Assembly: GCA_965248535.1 (NCBI GenBank)
Contig: CBDFJR010000002.1
Location: forward strand, 288,001-352,000
Length of the DNA stretch: 64,000 nucleotides
Origin: Phormidesmis sp.
GTDB taxonomy: Bacteria > Cyanobacteriota > Cyanobacteriia > Leptolyngbyales > Leptolyngbyaceae
Reading direction: 5' to 3'
The position numbers and the translations under genes are program-made. The notes under the pieces were generated by a model. It did no database searches. It saw only the letters and a program-made list of their open reading frames with translations, and was not told the DNA's origin. Numbering within the stretch: position 1 is the stretch's first letter; each line of letters starts with the position of its first letter. Of the stretch, positions 40,454 through 49,863 are shown in pieces.

Positions 40454-40578
40454 GGGATCTAAGCTCTCTTTTGATCAGATAGGTCAAGACAAAAGCGGAA
40501 ACCACCCAACGGCTTATCTCCTAAGATATAAAGCTTTACAAATCTTACAATCCTCCTAAGCGTAGAGATAGCGATCGC

Positions 40579-41280
40579 TCAAGCTAAATAAGTCACCCAC
40601 TTGGGCACCACGTCTGAAGAGCCATACCAAAGCCCGCCCGATCTCGGCGAATGTCTGACCTGATCTAACGTCAAGTTTTCTGCCCCGTCTAAATGAGCCG
40701 ACTCGATCGGGCAAATTCCATCTCCCCAAGTGTTGCCGTGCCCACAGGTTAACTGATAGCTGCTATAGGCTAACCAACGACCCGGACGGCGTTCTCCATA
40801 GACGGCTTTACCCGCGACACAGGCATAGTTCACATCGGCATAAAAAGCACCGGGGTAAGTGAGATTGACGAAATCGAGATTGGTGCGAGTCCAGCGCTCA
40901 AAGCTCGTGTGGGGAGTGCCCAAGGTGATCAAATTCGCGACCCAAGAATGGGCTTTCCAAGTGTAAGTGCGGCTGGGCTGCGTTCCGTGGACATCATAGA
41001 GATGCTCACCGAGATAAATGCGCGAGATCCAGCCGCCTGCTGAGTGTCCGATCAAATTAATCTGCGACGCATTGTGATGCTGCAACACTTGCTCAACGGT
41101 TTGATGCAGGCGCTCTAAAATCGGCAGCATCGATCGTCCGCCCAACGTCGGCAACCAGTCTCGTTTGAGCAATGGCACTGTCACCGTCGGGTGGCCCGCC
41201 TCAATTAACTGGTGTTGGAGATCGCGATAATCGATCGCGCTGGCAAGATATCCGGGCAAAATCACAGTCGGTAAGGGCAT
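40579..41280 (-). CDS. Alpha/beta hydrolase (lipase/esterase-like)
   Basis: GHSAGG nucleophile elbow, ITLGTPH, GDGICP. Confidence 0.88.
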   Translation of the reverse strand: MPLPTVILPGYLASAIDYRDLQHQLIEAGHPTVTVPLLKRDWLPTLGGRSMLPILERLHQTVEQVLQHHNASQINLIGHSAGGWISRIYLGEHLYDVHGTQPSRTYTWKAHSWVANLITLGTPHTSFERWTRTNLDFVNLTYPGAFYADVNYACVAGKAVYGERRPGRWLAYSSYQLTCGHGNTWGDGICPIESAHLDGAENLTLDQVRHSPRSGGLWYGSSDVVPKWVTYLA

Positions 41281-41457
41281 CAGTCAACGCTCAAAGGACA
41301 GGATCATTTTAGAATTTAACGCTGGGAATAGTGGAAACAAAAAAATATTGCCACTCTTCACGCTAGGGGTATCATGAATGTCGGAGGGTCGATCCCTTTT
41401 GAAACGTCTGATTAGAGGATCACCTCTGACAGGGTTGTTCTCTCACGTTTTAGCTTT

Positions 41458-41973
41458 ATGCGGTGTCCTTCTTGTCATCATCCAGATAACCGTGTGCTTG
41501 AGTCGCGATCGGCAGAAGCCGGGCAAAGCGTGCGGCGACGGCGCGAGTGCTTGCGATGCACCCATCGGTTTACCACCTATGAGCGGATTGAGTTTGTGCC
41601 GATCGTGGTGCTTAAACGCAATGGTGAGCGAGAGTCTTTCGATCGCTCAAAGCTGCTGAGAGAATTAGTGAGAGCCTGTGAAAAAACCACCATTTTAGAG
41701 CCGCGCATTGAGATCCTAGCCGAAGAAATCGAGTCTGACTTGCAGCAGCGGGTTGGGCGCGAAGTCACCAGCGCTGAAATCATTGAACTGGTGCTGCATC
41801 ACCTCCGATCGCTCAACGAAGTGGCCTACATTCGCTATGCTTCTCTCTACTGTCAGTTTGAAGGCATTCAAGATTTTGTCGATGCCATTGACCAACTTCA
41901 CGATCGCGTTAAGCTAGCCAACCACCCCTCTGACCCCGAAGCACTGTCAGAAATAAACGCCTTTAATCGGTAG
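41458..41973 (+). CDS. nrdR: NrdR-family transcriptional regulator
   Basis: CPSC...[15 protein letters not shown] zinc ribbon plus ATP-cone ([14 protein letters not shown]). Confidence 0.88.
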   Translation: MRCPSCHHPDNRVLESRSAEAGQSVRRRRECLRCTHRFTTYERIEFVPIVVLKRNGERESFDRSKLLRELVRACEKTTILEPRIEILAEEIESDLQQRVGREVTSAEIIELVLHHLRSLNEVAYIRYASLYCQFEGIQDFVDAIDQLHDRVKLANHPSDPEALSEINAFNR

Positions 41974-42063
41974 CGGTTACGCTGTTTTGGCGCAAACTCA
42001 GTTGCTATTCTAGAGAAGCCGGATTGCGGCTAAGATTCTTGCGTTTGTGCAGTCTACTGTTCT

Positions 42064-43755
42064 ATGTCTCAACCAGCGCTTTCTCATCAACTTGAGACCA
42101 CTCTTCAGCAGGAGACGATCGGGCAGTTAGGGGTGGGCGGCTCCGTCCTGTCGGTCGGGTCTATCTATGGAGCGTTGCTCAGTGTTTGCCCCAATAGCGA
42201 GTCTGTGATTGAGTTAAAGCAGACTCCGATCGTGCAGATCCCCCGTGCGTTTGCAGGGTTGGTCGGTCGGCAAACCGAAATCGACTCGGCGATCGCGGCG
42301 CTGCAAGCCAAACAAACCGTCGAGATTTATGGCCAAGCCGGAACCGGCAAATCAGTGCTGCTGCGCTATCTTGCCCACAACCCGCAGATCACCACCTCTC
42401 ATGCCGATGGCATTGTTGACTTGAGTGCGATTGGGTCGGTGAGCGATCGCTTGCAGACGTTATTCAGTTTGTTCTATCTCAGTTGTCCCAATCTCAAGCT
42501 GTCTGATGGCAACGTTCGGCAAGCGCTGCGATCGCCACAGGTTTTGATATTGCTAGATGATGATGGGTTGACCGCGACTGAGCTTCAGCAACTCATTGCG
42601 GCGCTGCCCGACAGCACATTTTTAATTGCGTCTCGCGATCGCCGCTTTTGGGGAGAGGGGCGCTCGATCGAGCTAGACGGCTTATCGCTGCCTGATAGCG
42701 TCACCTTAATCGAGCGAGAGTTAGCGCGGTCTGTGTCACGCACTGCCCAAACAGCGCCAGTTTTACCGCAGACAAAGACGATCGAGACTCTTTGGAAACT
42801 CTTGCAAGGCAACCCCCAACGACTTTTGCAGGTGGCGGCTCTAGCGCGAGAAGAGAAACTGCCTCTAGAGGCGGTGTTGAGCCAGATTCAGCTAGACGAG
42901 CTTGAACAGTCGCTGACACGGCTGATTTTGGCTTCTCTGCCCAAACCTCAGCGCTGGATTATGGCCGTGCTGGTGGCCATGGGTGGCACGGGGCTGTTAC
43001 CTGAACAAATTGCGGCGATCACTGGGCCGCCCAATCCTTTACCCAGTCTGCAAGCTCTGGTGCAGCGCCATCTGCTGCAAATTGAGGGGCATCACTACTG
43101 TCTGGCTTCTAGCTTGGTTGAGATTTTGCAAAAGGTCTCAAACTCAACCCCCTGGATGGAAAAAGTTTTAGCCTATTTGGTGCCCTGGGTGGAGACTCAC
43201 CAGCGATCGCCCGACACACTTTTAGCCCAAAAAGCCCTGATCTTGCACACTTTAGAGTGGGCAGTCAGTCAAGCACGTTGGGCAGAGACGCTGCGGCTGG
43301 TGCGATCGCTCGAAGGCTCACTCGCCTTAGGCAAACAGTGGGACACTTGGCGACGGGTGCTCAACTGGGGGCTGCAAGCTGCCTGGGCCAGACAAGACTC
43401 GCTCAGCGAAGCTTGGGGACTACACCAACTGGGCACCCTAGCGCTTTGCCAAGAAGAACTCACCACCGCTTATGACGCACTGACAGAGGCTATCAGCCTA
43501 CGATCGCTGCTCAACGATGAGGTCGGAGAGCGCCTGAGTCGCCACAACTTAGAGAGATTGAGGGATATGACGTTACCCAGTTCTGGGGGTGAACCCTCTA
43601 AGCTCGTGGCTAACCCGGTGGGAGTCTATCTAACCTTGGCGCTGATTGGCTTTTTGGTGTTTGTGATGTCTGCTTTAGTAGGAGTCGCGATCGTGCAACG
43701 ATACGGTCAGCCTGTGCCACTGGTCAAGCCCACCCCAGCCCACCCCAAAAAATAG
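42064..43755 (+). CDS. STAND/NB-ARC-like P-loop NTPase with helical repeat region and C-terminal TM
   Basis: LVGRQTEI, Walker A GQAGTGKS, Walker B LILLDD, LIASR, GNP; TPR-like EAWGLHQLGTLAL; C-terminal hydrophobic helix. Confidence 0.8.
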   Translation: MSQPALSHQLETTLQQETIGQLGVGGSVLSVGSIYGALLSVCPNSESVIELKQTPIVQIPRAFAGLVGRQTEIDSAIAALQAKQTVEIYGQAGTGKSVLLRYLAHNPQITTSHADGIVDLSAIGSVSDRLQTLFSLFYLSCPNLKLSDGNVRQALRSPQVLILLDDDGLTATELQQLIAALPDSTFLIASRDRRFWGEGRSIELDGLSLPDSVTLIERELARSVSRTAQTAPVLPQTKTIETLWKLLQGNPQRLLQVAALAREEKLPLEAVLSQIQLDELEQSLTRLILASLPKPQRWIMAVLVAMGGTGLLPEQIAAITGPPNPLPSLQALVQRHLLQIEGHHYCLASSLVEILQKVSNSTPWMEKVLAYLVPWVETHQRSPDTLLAQKALILHTLEWAVSQARWAETLRLVRSLEGSLALGKQWDTWRRVLNWGLQAAWARQDSLSEAWGLHQLGTLALCQEELTTAYDALTEAISLRSLLNDEVGERLSRHNLERLRDMTLPSSGGEPSKLVANPVGVYLTLALIGFLVFVMSALVGVAIVQRYGQPVPLVKPTPAHPKK

Positions 43756-43811
43756 GGGCATAGTCAAGCTGAGTAGGGACATTTCAGGCAACATCCCTAC
43801 TGACTGAGATC

Positions 43812-44186
43812 CTATTCCTGATGGCTAGGCTGTCCTTTCTCGATCGCTTTGTGGAGCAAATCATCAGTGATATTTCCGGCTGCGCCTTGGTCATGGCTGA
43901 CCGACTTTGCCATATCAAGAAAGTCACCTGGATCTCCCGTCGGCTCGGCTTTGGCGTGGGTGGTTTCTGATTCACGAATCTCAAAGGCAGGGGCGCTGGC
44001 AGCTTGGGCAGCTTTTTCGCCTTCACCCGTGCGATCGAGGTCGCTAACGCTAAATTCTTTTGAGGCTTCATAATCTGCCGAGACATCGACTTTAGAAGCC
44101 GGAAGACTGCCTTCGGCAATTTCTTCTGAAACTTGTTGCGCGTCGTAAGTTTGGGCAGAGTTCAAATCGCGATTGATTGCTGACAT
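43812..44186 (-). CDS. Acidic hydrophilic hypothetical protein (124 aa)
   Basis: AGGAG RBS; no Cys or Trp; rich in A/D/E/S. Confidence 0.8.
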   Translation of the reverse strand: MSAINRDLNSAQTYDAQQVSEEIAEGSLPASKVDVSADYEASKEFSVSDLDRTGEGEKAAQAASAPAFEIRESETTHAKAEPTGDPGDFLDMAKSVSHDQGAAGNITDDLLHKAIEKGQPSHQE

Positions 44187-44411
44187 AAAAAATCTCCTGT
44201 TATTCCTTCAAGGTTTGGCAAACAGCCTTACCGTTGGTTCTTGCTCACCTTATCAGAGTGATCCCCAAGGGGTTGAACCGTCTGAGGAGGGATTGCTAAC
44301 CTCTCTCATCGGAGTGAGATTGAAATAGCAAGTTCGGTCGATTGGTAGTCGCTAAGAGGCTGTCAATCTTGATAAATCTCTTGGTGAACCAACTCATTGA
44401 GAGGGATTTCT

Positions 44412-44948
44412 ATGGCTGAGTCTGCAAATCACGGCACGGTGCGATCGCAATATATTGACGAACCGGGGCAGAAGGCGATCGAGGGCTATGACAAGCTAAC
44501 AACGGATGGCAAACTGGCGTTTTTATATTACGTCTATGAAAAAATGGGCGACTCGATCACACCTGCGGCTCCTGCGGCTGCCGAGCCAGAGCTAGCGCCG
44601 ATTTTGTTAGGGGATTTTTATAATCTTTCTCACGATGATCAGCTTCAGGCGATGCGCGACATCGTGAACGGAGCCGACAGCGACTATTCTCGCGATTATG
44701 GGGCGTTGACCGCCAACAATCAACTGGTGGTCTGGTATGCCTGGGCGCAGGCAATGGGCGAGTCAGTGGTGGGAATGCCCGCAGGCTATAGTGCGTCGGA
44801 AGTGATTACAACTGTGTTGGGTCAAGTCGAAAAACTAGATTTTGATCAACAGATTTCTCTATTGCGAGAGATTGCGGGCACGATGGGCTACACCGATGTC
44901 AAAGAGATTCCAACCCAAGCCCAGACGGGTAAGACGGCTAGCCTATAG
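44412..44948 (+). CDS. Helical carotenoid protein (stand-alone OCP N-terminal domain)
   Basis: MGDSITPAAP, QLQAMRD, SRDYGAL, QQISLLR; no NTF2-like C-terminal domain. Confidence 0.88.
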   Translation: MAESANHGTVRSQYIDEPGQKAIEGYDKLTTDGKLAFLYYVYEKMGDSITPAAPAAAEPELAPILLGDFYNLSHDDQLQAMRDIVNGADSDYSRDYGALTANNQLVVWYAWAQAMGESVVGMPAGYSASEVITTVLGQVEKLDFDQQISLLREIAGTMGYTDVKEIPTQAQTGKTASL

Positions 44949-45142
44949 AATCCCAGCAGCCAATTCTCGTAGGGGCACAGCAACGCTGTGCCCCCAACCA
45001 CCGCACCGTTATACCGTACCTTTATCTTTATAGCGATCGCTGACCTTCGCCAGTCAATGTATCCGCAAGTCAATGTATCCACAAACCAAATCGACAAACA
45101 AGCTAAGATCGATATCTACTCAGTTTTTGCTTGATTGCCGAA

Positions 45143-46312
45143 ATGTCTACTCGAACTGATTCCATTATTTCCCTGAAGATCGCGCCTGCTCAAGTGATTA
45201 GAGGCAACGGTGCTGTGTCGCAAGTCGGTTCTACGATCGCTCAGTTAGGTTCCCGTCCCCTACTCATTGGCGGCGATCGTACTCTGCAACTGATTCTGCC
45301 TTGTCTTGAGTCTGCTTTGGCCGCTCAAGATTGCACGATCGCGGCAGCCTCCTATGGAGTCGATTGCAGTGAGGCAGCGCTGAAATCCCTTATGCAGTCC
45401 GTTGCCGAGCATCAAGCCGATCTGATTATTGGGAGCGGAGGCGGCAAAGCCCTTGATGCGGCAAAACTGGTGGCGGAGCGGTGCAAGCTGCCGATCGTTA
45501 CCATCCCAACATCGGGGGCAACCTGTGCAGCCTGGACTGCCCTATCTAACGTCTACTCAGATGAGGGAGCGTTTCTCTATGATGTCAGTTTGTCAAAATG
45601 CCCTGACTTATTGATTTTGGATTATGACCTGATCGCCACGGCCTCTCAGAGAACCTTAGTAGCCGGGATCGGAGACGCGATCGCTAAATGGTATGAAGCT
45701 TCGGTCAGCAGTGGTCACTCTAATCAAACGTTTTTGATCGCCGCCGTTCAGCAAGCGAGGGTGCTGCGGGATATTTTATTTCAACAGTCCGCAATGGCTC
45801 TGCAAGATCCCGGTGGCGACGTGTGGCGAGAAGTGGTGGATGCCACAGTGCTGATGGCGGGCGTGATTGGCGGCATTGGTGGGGCCCAGTGTCGAACGGT
45901 GGCGGCCCATGCTGTTCACAATGGACTCACCCACTTGTTAGAGAGCCACGGCACCCTGCACGGTGAAAAAGTTGCCTTTGGCATTTTGGTGCAGCTTCGG
46001 CTCGAAGAAATGCTCCAGGGCAATCGCCTGGCTGCGACTTCAAGGCAGCAGCTTTTAAAGTTCTATCGTGAGATTGGGTTGCCCCAGACTTTGATGGATT
46101 TGGGACTGGCAAATGTCTCGATCGCCGATCTGCAACGGGCGGCTGAGATTGCCTGTGCTGACTCGTCTGACATTCACCGACTGCCGTTTAGCGTCGCGCC
46201 GACTCAGCTAATGGCGGCGATGGTGTCTACGATCGCGCCGGGTCACAATCCGAAGAATGACGAGAGTTTTGAGGTAGAATATCCAACTCAAACCTTAAAT
46301 CTCAACCCTTAA
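45143..46312 (+). CDS. Glycerol dehydrogenase-like metal-containing alcohol dehydrogenase
   Basis: GGGKALDAAK, PTSGATCA, AGIGDAIAKWYE, AHAVHNG, HGEKVAFG. Confidence 0.9.
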   Translation: MSTRTDSIISLKIAPAQVIRGNGAVSQVGSTIAQLGSRPLLIGGDRTLQLILPCLESALAAQDCTIAAASYGVDCSEAALKSLMQSVAEHQADLIIGSGGGKALDAAKLVAERCKLPIVTIPTSGATCAAWTALSNVYSDEGAFLYDVSLSKCPDLLILDYDLIATASQRTLVAGIGDAIAKWYEASVSSGHSNQTFLIAAVQQARVLRDILFQQSAMALQDPGGDVWREVVDATVLMAGVIGGIGGAQCRTVAAHAVHNGLTHLLESHGTLHGEKVAFGILVQLRLEEMLQGNRLAATSRQQLLKFYREIGLPQTLMDLGLANVSIADLQRAAEIACADSSDIHRLPFSVAPTQLMAAMVSTIAPGHNPKNDESFEVEYPTQTLNLNP

Positions 46313-46345
46313 TTTCCTCACGCTTGTTTTTAGAGAGATTGCGAC

Positions 46346-47548
46346 ATGAGCCTAAGTTGGATTACGCCCGCCGATCGTCTGCGAATTTTGCCTCCCTATG
46401 TGTTTGCGCGTCTCGATGAGCTAAAAGCCAATGCGAGAGCACAGGGCGTTGATTTGATCGACTTGGGAATGGGCAACCCCGATGGGGCGACCCCGCTGCC
46501 GATCGTCGAAGCTGCCACCGAAGCGCTCAAAAATCCTAAAAATCACGGCTATCCTCCGTTTGAAGGCACGGCCAGTTTTCGGCGCGCCATCACCGATTGG
46601 TATCGTCGTCGCTATGATGTCGATCTCGACCCCGATGGAGAGGCGCTGCCGCTGCTGGGATCTAAAGAAGGGTTGACCCACTTGGCGCTGGCTTATATCA
46701 ATCCGGGTGATCTGGTGCTGGTGCCGAGTCCGGCTTATCCGCCCCATTTTCGCGGCCCGCTGATTGCCGGAGCCGAGATTTATCCCCTGATTCTCAAAGC
46801 CGAGCAAGATTGGCTGATTGATTTGGCGGCGATCCCCGATCGCATTGCCGAACGAGCCAAAATTCTCTACTTTAACTATCCGAGCAATCCCACAACGGCG
46901 ACGGCTCCGCGTGAGTTTTTTGAAGAAGTCGTGGCCTTTGCCCGTCATTATCAAATTATGCTGGTGCATGATCAAGCCTATGCAGAGTTAGCATTTGACG
47001 GCTATCAGCCCACTAGTTTGCTAGAGATTCCGGGAGCGAGAGAGATTGGGGTTGAGTTTCACACCCTGTCTAAAACCTACAACATGGCAGGCTGGCGAGT
47101 CGGATTTGTGGTCGGCAATCGCCACATCATTCAAGGATTGCGAACGCTAAAAACAAACTTAGATTACGGGATTTTTGCGGCCTTGCAAACGGCAGCAGAA
47201 ACAGCGCTGCAATTGCCCGATCAATACTTAACCGAAGTGCAAGATCGCTATCGCACTCGTCGCGATTATTTGATCGAAGGGCTGGCGCAATTGGGTTGGT
47301 CAATTCCTAAAACCCAAGCAACGATGTATTTATGGATTCCCTGCCCACCTGGTGTCGGCTCGACTGATTTTGCGCTGTCGGTGCTGCAAAAGACGGGCGT
47401 AGTTTTGACTCCGGGCAATGCCTTTGGGGCTGGGGGCGAAGGCTATGTGCGAATTAGCTTGATTGCGGAGTGCGATCGTTTAGGTGAAGCCCTAGCGCGC
47501 ATGAAGCAAGCCAATATTCGCTATGACGCGCCAAAGCCAGAGGCTTAA
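46346..47548 (+). CDS. Class I/II PLP aminotransferase (aspartate/LL-DAP aminotransferase-like)
   Basis: LGSKEG, NYPSNPT, DQAY, TLSKTYNMAGWRVG. Confidence 0.92.
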   Translation: MSLSWITPADRLRILPPYVFARLDELKANARAQGVDLIDLGMGNPDGATPLPIVEAATEALKNPKNHGYPPFEGTASFRRAITDWYRRRYDVDLDPDGEALPLLGSKEGLTHLALAYINPGDLVLVPSPAYPPHFRGPLIAGAEIYPLILKAEQDWLIDLAAIPDRIAERAKILYFNYPSNPTTATAPREFFEEVVAFARHYQIMLVHDQAYAELAFDGYQPTSLLEIPGAREIGVEFHTLSKTYNMAGWRVGFVVGNRHIIQGLRTLKTNLDYGIFAALQTAAETALQLPDQYLTEVQDRYRTRRDYLIEGLAQLGWSIPKTQATMYLWIPCPPGVGSTDFALSVLQKTGVVLTPGNAFGAGGEGYVRISLIAECDRLGEALARMKQANIRYDAPKPEA

Positions 47549-48558
47549 TCGGCTTGGGGAGCGATCGCTTCGGTTATCGCTTTGTTGGCGGTTCGTTTTT
47601 GCTGAATGACGAGGGTATTGCGTTCCCAAAATACACCCTCAGAAAAGCCCTGAATCTCAGGCTCAGAGTCCGCGATTTCTAACCGTCGCTCAACTAGTAG
47701 GCTGTAGGTTTCGTCTAACTCGATGCCGAGGTAGTTTCTGCCGAGTTTTTTGGCTACAACTGACGTGGTGCCGCTGCCCAGAAAGGGATCGAGCACGAAA
47801 TTTCCGGGGTTGCTGCTGGCTAAAACTAACTTAGCTATGAGTTTTTCGCTTTTTTGAGTCGGATGATCTGTGTTTTCGGGCATTGACCAAAACGGAATGG
47901 TCAAGTCAGTCCAGAGATTTGAGGGATGGGTGTCGCGAAAGTTGCCCTCGCCTGTTGCCTGCCAGTCTTTGGGGGTGCCGTCTTGGTTTCGATAAGGTGC
48001 AACGACTTTTCTGCGAAGCTTGACATCATCAACGTTGAAGGTATAGTTTTCCGACATCGTGCAAAACCAGATATCTTCACTGGAATTTTTCCAGTTTGAT
48101 TGAGCGCCTCGACCCTTTTCGCGCTCCCAGGTGATGCGGTTTTGAACGATAAAGTGCGACGACGCAACGGAGAAAATCGAGGCAGAAGATAGCCAATCGC
48201 CACAGATATAGATCGAGGCGGTAGTCTTCAGCAAAGGTTTAAAGGCACAAACGACTTGATCAAGCCAGGTTGCATAGTCGTCAACGGTGCGCTTTGCAAA
48301 TTTTCGCCCGTTAAAACTTTTGCTGAGATTATAGGGCGGATCGAGAATCAACAGATCAACACTGTGCAAGGGCAAAAGCTTTGCCACTTCTAGACAGTCT
48401 CCTTGAATCGTGCCCGTTGGTGCACTCAAAAAAGGATCTGACGGCAAGTTTTTGAGGATGCGCGGAGCCAAACGGACTCTATCTTCATCACTGAGGGTGA
48501 GAGTCCGGTTCATGGGGGCGCGTGGCTTGGCTTGGTCGGGCTGGAGCGAACTAGCCAT
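47545..48558 (-). CDS. Site-specific DNA methyltransferase (N6-adenine/N4-cytosine, beta class)
   Basis: DPPY precedes HPTQK and DPFLGSGTT (motif IV before motif I). Confidence 0.93.
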   Translation of the reverse strand: MASSLQPDQAKPRAPMNRTLTLSDEDRVRLAPRILKNLPSDPFLSAPTGTIQGDCLEVAKLLPLHSVDLLILDPPYNLSKSFNGRKFAKRTVDDYATWLDQVVCAFKPLLKTTASIYICGDWLSSASIFSVASSHFIVQNRITWEREKGRGAQSNWKNSSEDIWFCTMSENYTFNVDDVKLRRKVVAPYRNQDGTPKDWQATGEGNFRDTHPSNLWTDLTIPFWSMPENTDHPTQKSEKLIAKLVLASSNPGNFVLDPFLGSGTTSVVAKKLGRNYLGIELDETYSLLVERRLEIADSEPEIQGFSEGVFWERNTLVIQQKRTANKAITEAIAPQAD

Positions 48559-48567
48559 CCATCATCC

Positions 48568-48774
48568 TCATTCAGATTGTCTCAGCTTATCTCTAAAGAT
48601 GGCTTCAACTTCACTCGGATCGGCTAAATCAAAGGGATAGGGTTGGCGGTTAGCTGGGTTACGGCGACTCATCAGCACCTCTAGCCCTGCTCGAAACGCT
48701 TCCTGATCGTTCCGCTGCTCAGAGAGATAGCGCTTCAATTCGGCGTTTGTCATTTCAGGTAAATTTGGTGTCAT
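48568..48774 (-). CDS. DUF6887-like small protein
   Basis: MTPNLPEMTNAELKRYLSEQRNDQEAF; ATG overlaps the upstream TGA (ATGA). Confidence 0.7.
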   Translation of the reverse strand: MTPNLPEMTNAELKRYLSEQRNDQEAFRAGLEVLMSRRNPANRQPYPFDLADPSEVEAIFRDKLRQSE

Positions 48775-48953
48775 AAAACAAACTCCCAACTTCCATCTTC
48801 GTCAATTATGAGAGCAAGTTCATCAGTCATTCCAGCCTGAATGTAAATTGTTTTGAGCCTGCGATCGTAGCGGAAAATCTGAATGGGCTGATAAAGGTTA
48901 GAAAGTAACTGGCAGACGAATATTGCGGTGTCTGATTGTTCTCGCGTAGGCAA
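48771..48953 (-). CDS. DUF6888-like small protein
   Basis: PTREQ...VCQLLSNLYQPIQIFRYD...IYIQAG...IIDEDGSWEF. Confidence 0.7.
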   Translation of the reverse strand: MPTREQSDTAIFVCQLLSNLYQPIQIFRYDRRLKTIYIQAGMTDELALIIDEDGSWEFVL

Positions 48954-49090
48954 CCGTAAGACATCTTTGGATCTCTCGATCGTAGAGTATCAGATAGACA
49001 GGCAATGAGCGAACATTCTCAACTAAAAAGCGATCGCTTCACTCAAACAGCCCTCTAACTCAAGAACCAGTAACCGTTTTACTGCTTGTC

Positions 49091-49498
49091 TTAGTCCTGA
49101 CTCCAATCTCGTAGCTCTAACCCTTCGACGCGGTGAAAATGTTTTTGATTGTGAGTAATGAGAATGAGATCATTAGCAATAGCTACGCCAGCGATCAGCA
49201 GATCAATATCATCGACAGGAGTTCCATTAAATCGCAAGTTGGCGTAAATCTCTGCGGATAGGGACACAGATCGCTCCGTCAAAGGTAGAACGTTACTTCT
49301 AGTTGCAAACTCTATAAACAAGGAAAGCTGCTTCTGAGCATCGCGGTGTTTTAGACCACTCAAAATCTCATAGTAGGTCACAATGCTGATGTTAATGTTG
49401 CGATAGTTCGCCAGATAAGAGCCAAACTGAGCAACAACTTTGGGAGTACCTCGAAAAAACATTGACAAAATATCAGTATCAATCAAGGCTGGTTTCAC
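49091..49498 (-). CDS. vapC: VapC-family PIN-domain toxin
   Basis: LIDTDIL, YYEI, DIDLLIAG, THNQKHF. Confidence 0.92.
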   Translation of the reverse strand: MKPALIDTDILSMFFRGTPKVVAQFGSYLANYRNINISIVTYYEILSGLKHRDAQKQLSLFIEFATRSNVLPLTERSVSLSAEIYANLRFNGTPVDDIDLLIAGVAIANDLILITHNQKHFHRVEGLELRDWSQD

Positions 49499-49739
49499 GG
49501 TTTTGTCTCTGTGAGAATGCCTGCTGACGGCGTGTTGTCAGGTCTTTTAAGAAATTAGCGTGAATTGAGTCTGATAAGTCTGCCCAGCAGCCCGCAAACT
49601 GCATGATTTCAGGGGAGCGATCGCTGGTTTCTGACTCGATCCGAAAGTGATGAATTAAGTCATAGAGTTGTGTCAGCTTATCATCTGGGATGTGCTGTAG
49701 TTCTTCAATCAGTTTGACTCTCATTTCAGAATTGCTCAT
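49479..49739 (-). CDS. Probable antitoxin
   Basis: 86 aa, upstream of and overlapping vapC by 20 nt; FAGCWAD motif. Confidence 0.75.
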   Translation of the reverse strand: MSNSEMRVKLIEELQHIPDDKLTQLYDLIHHFRIESETSDRSPEIMQFAGCWADLSDSIHANFLKDLTTRRQQAFSQRQNRETSLD

Positions 49740-49808
49740 GATCTACTTCGCTCTATTCCCTTGTACTTCTTTAAAAAACAAGTGCGAGTCAATTGATTCA
49801 TCGTGAAC

Positions 49809-49849
49809 AGGGTAATGGAAAGCGTCTATCAAAGATTTCCCATTACCCT
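49809..49849. terminator. Hairpin after speA
   Basis: AGGGTAATGG...CCATTACCCT 10-bp arms. Confidence 0.6.
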
Positions 49850-49863
49850 CGCCAATCACCCAA

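Noticed and set aside
40535..40551. Canonical HLR1 site upstream of the cytochrome b-like gene
   Set aside because: TTACA half-sites are 9 bp apart rather than 10, so it is noted only as a repeat
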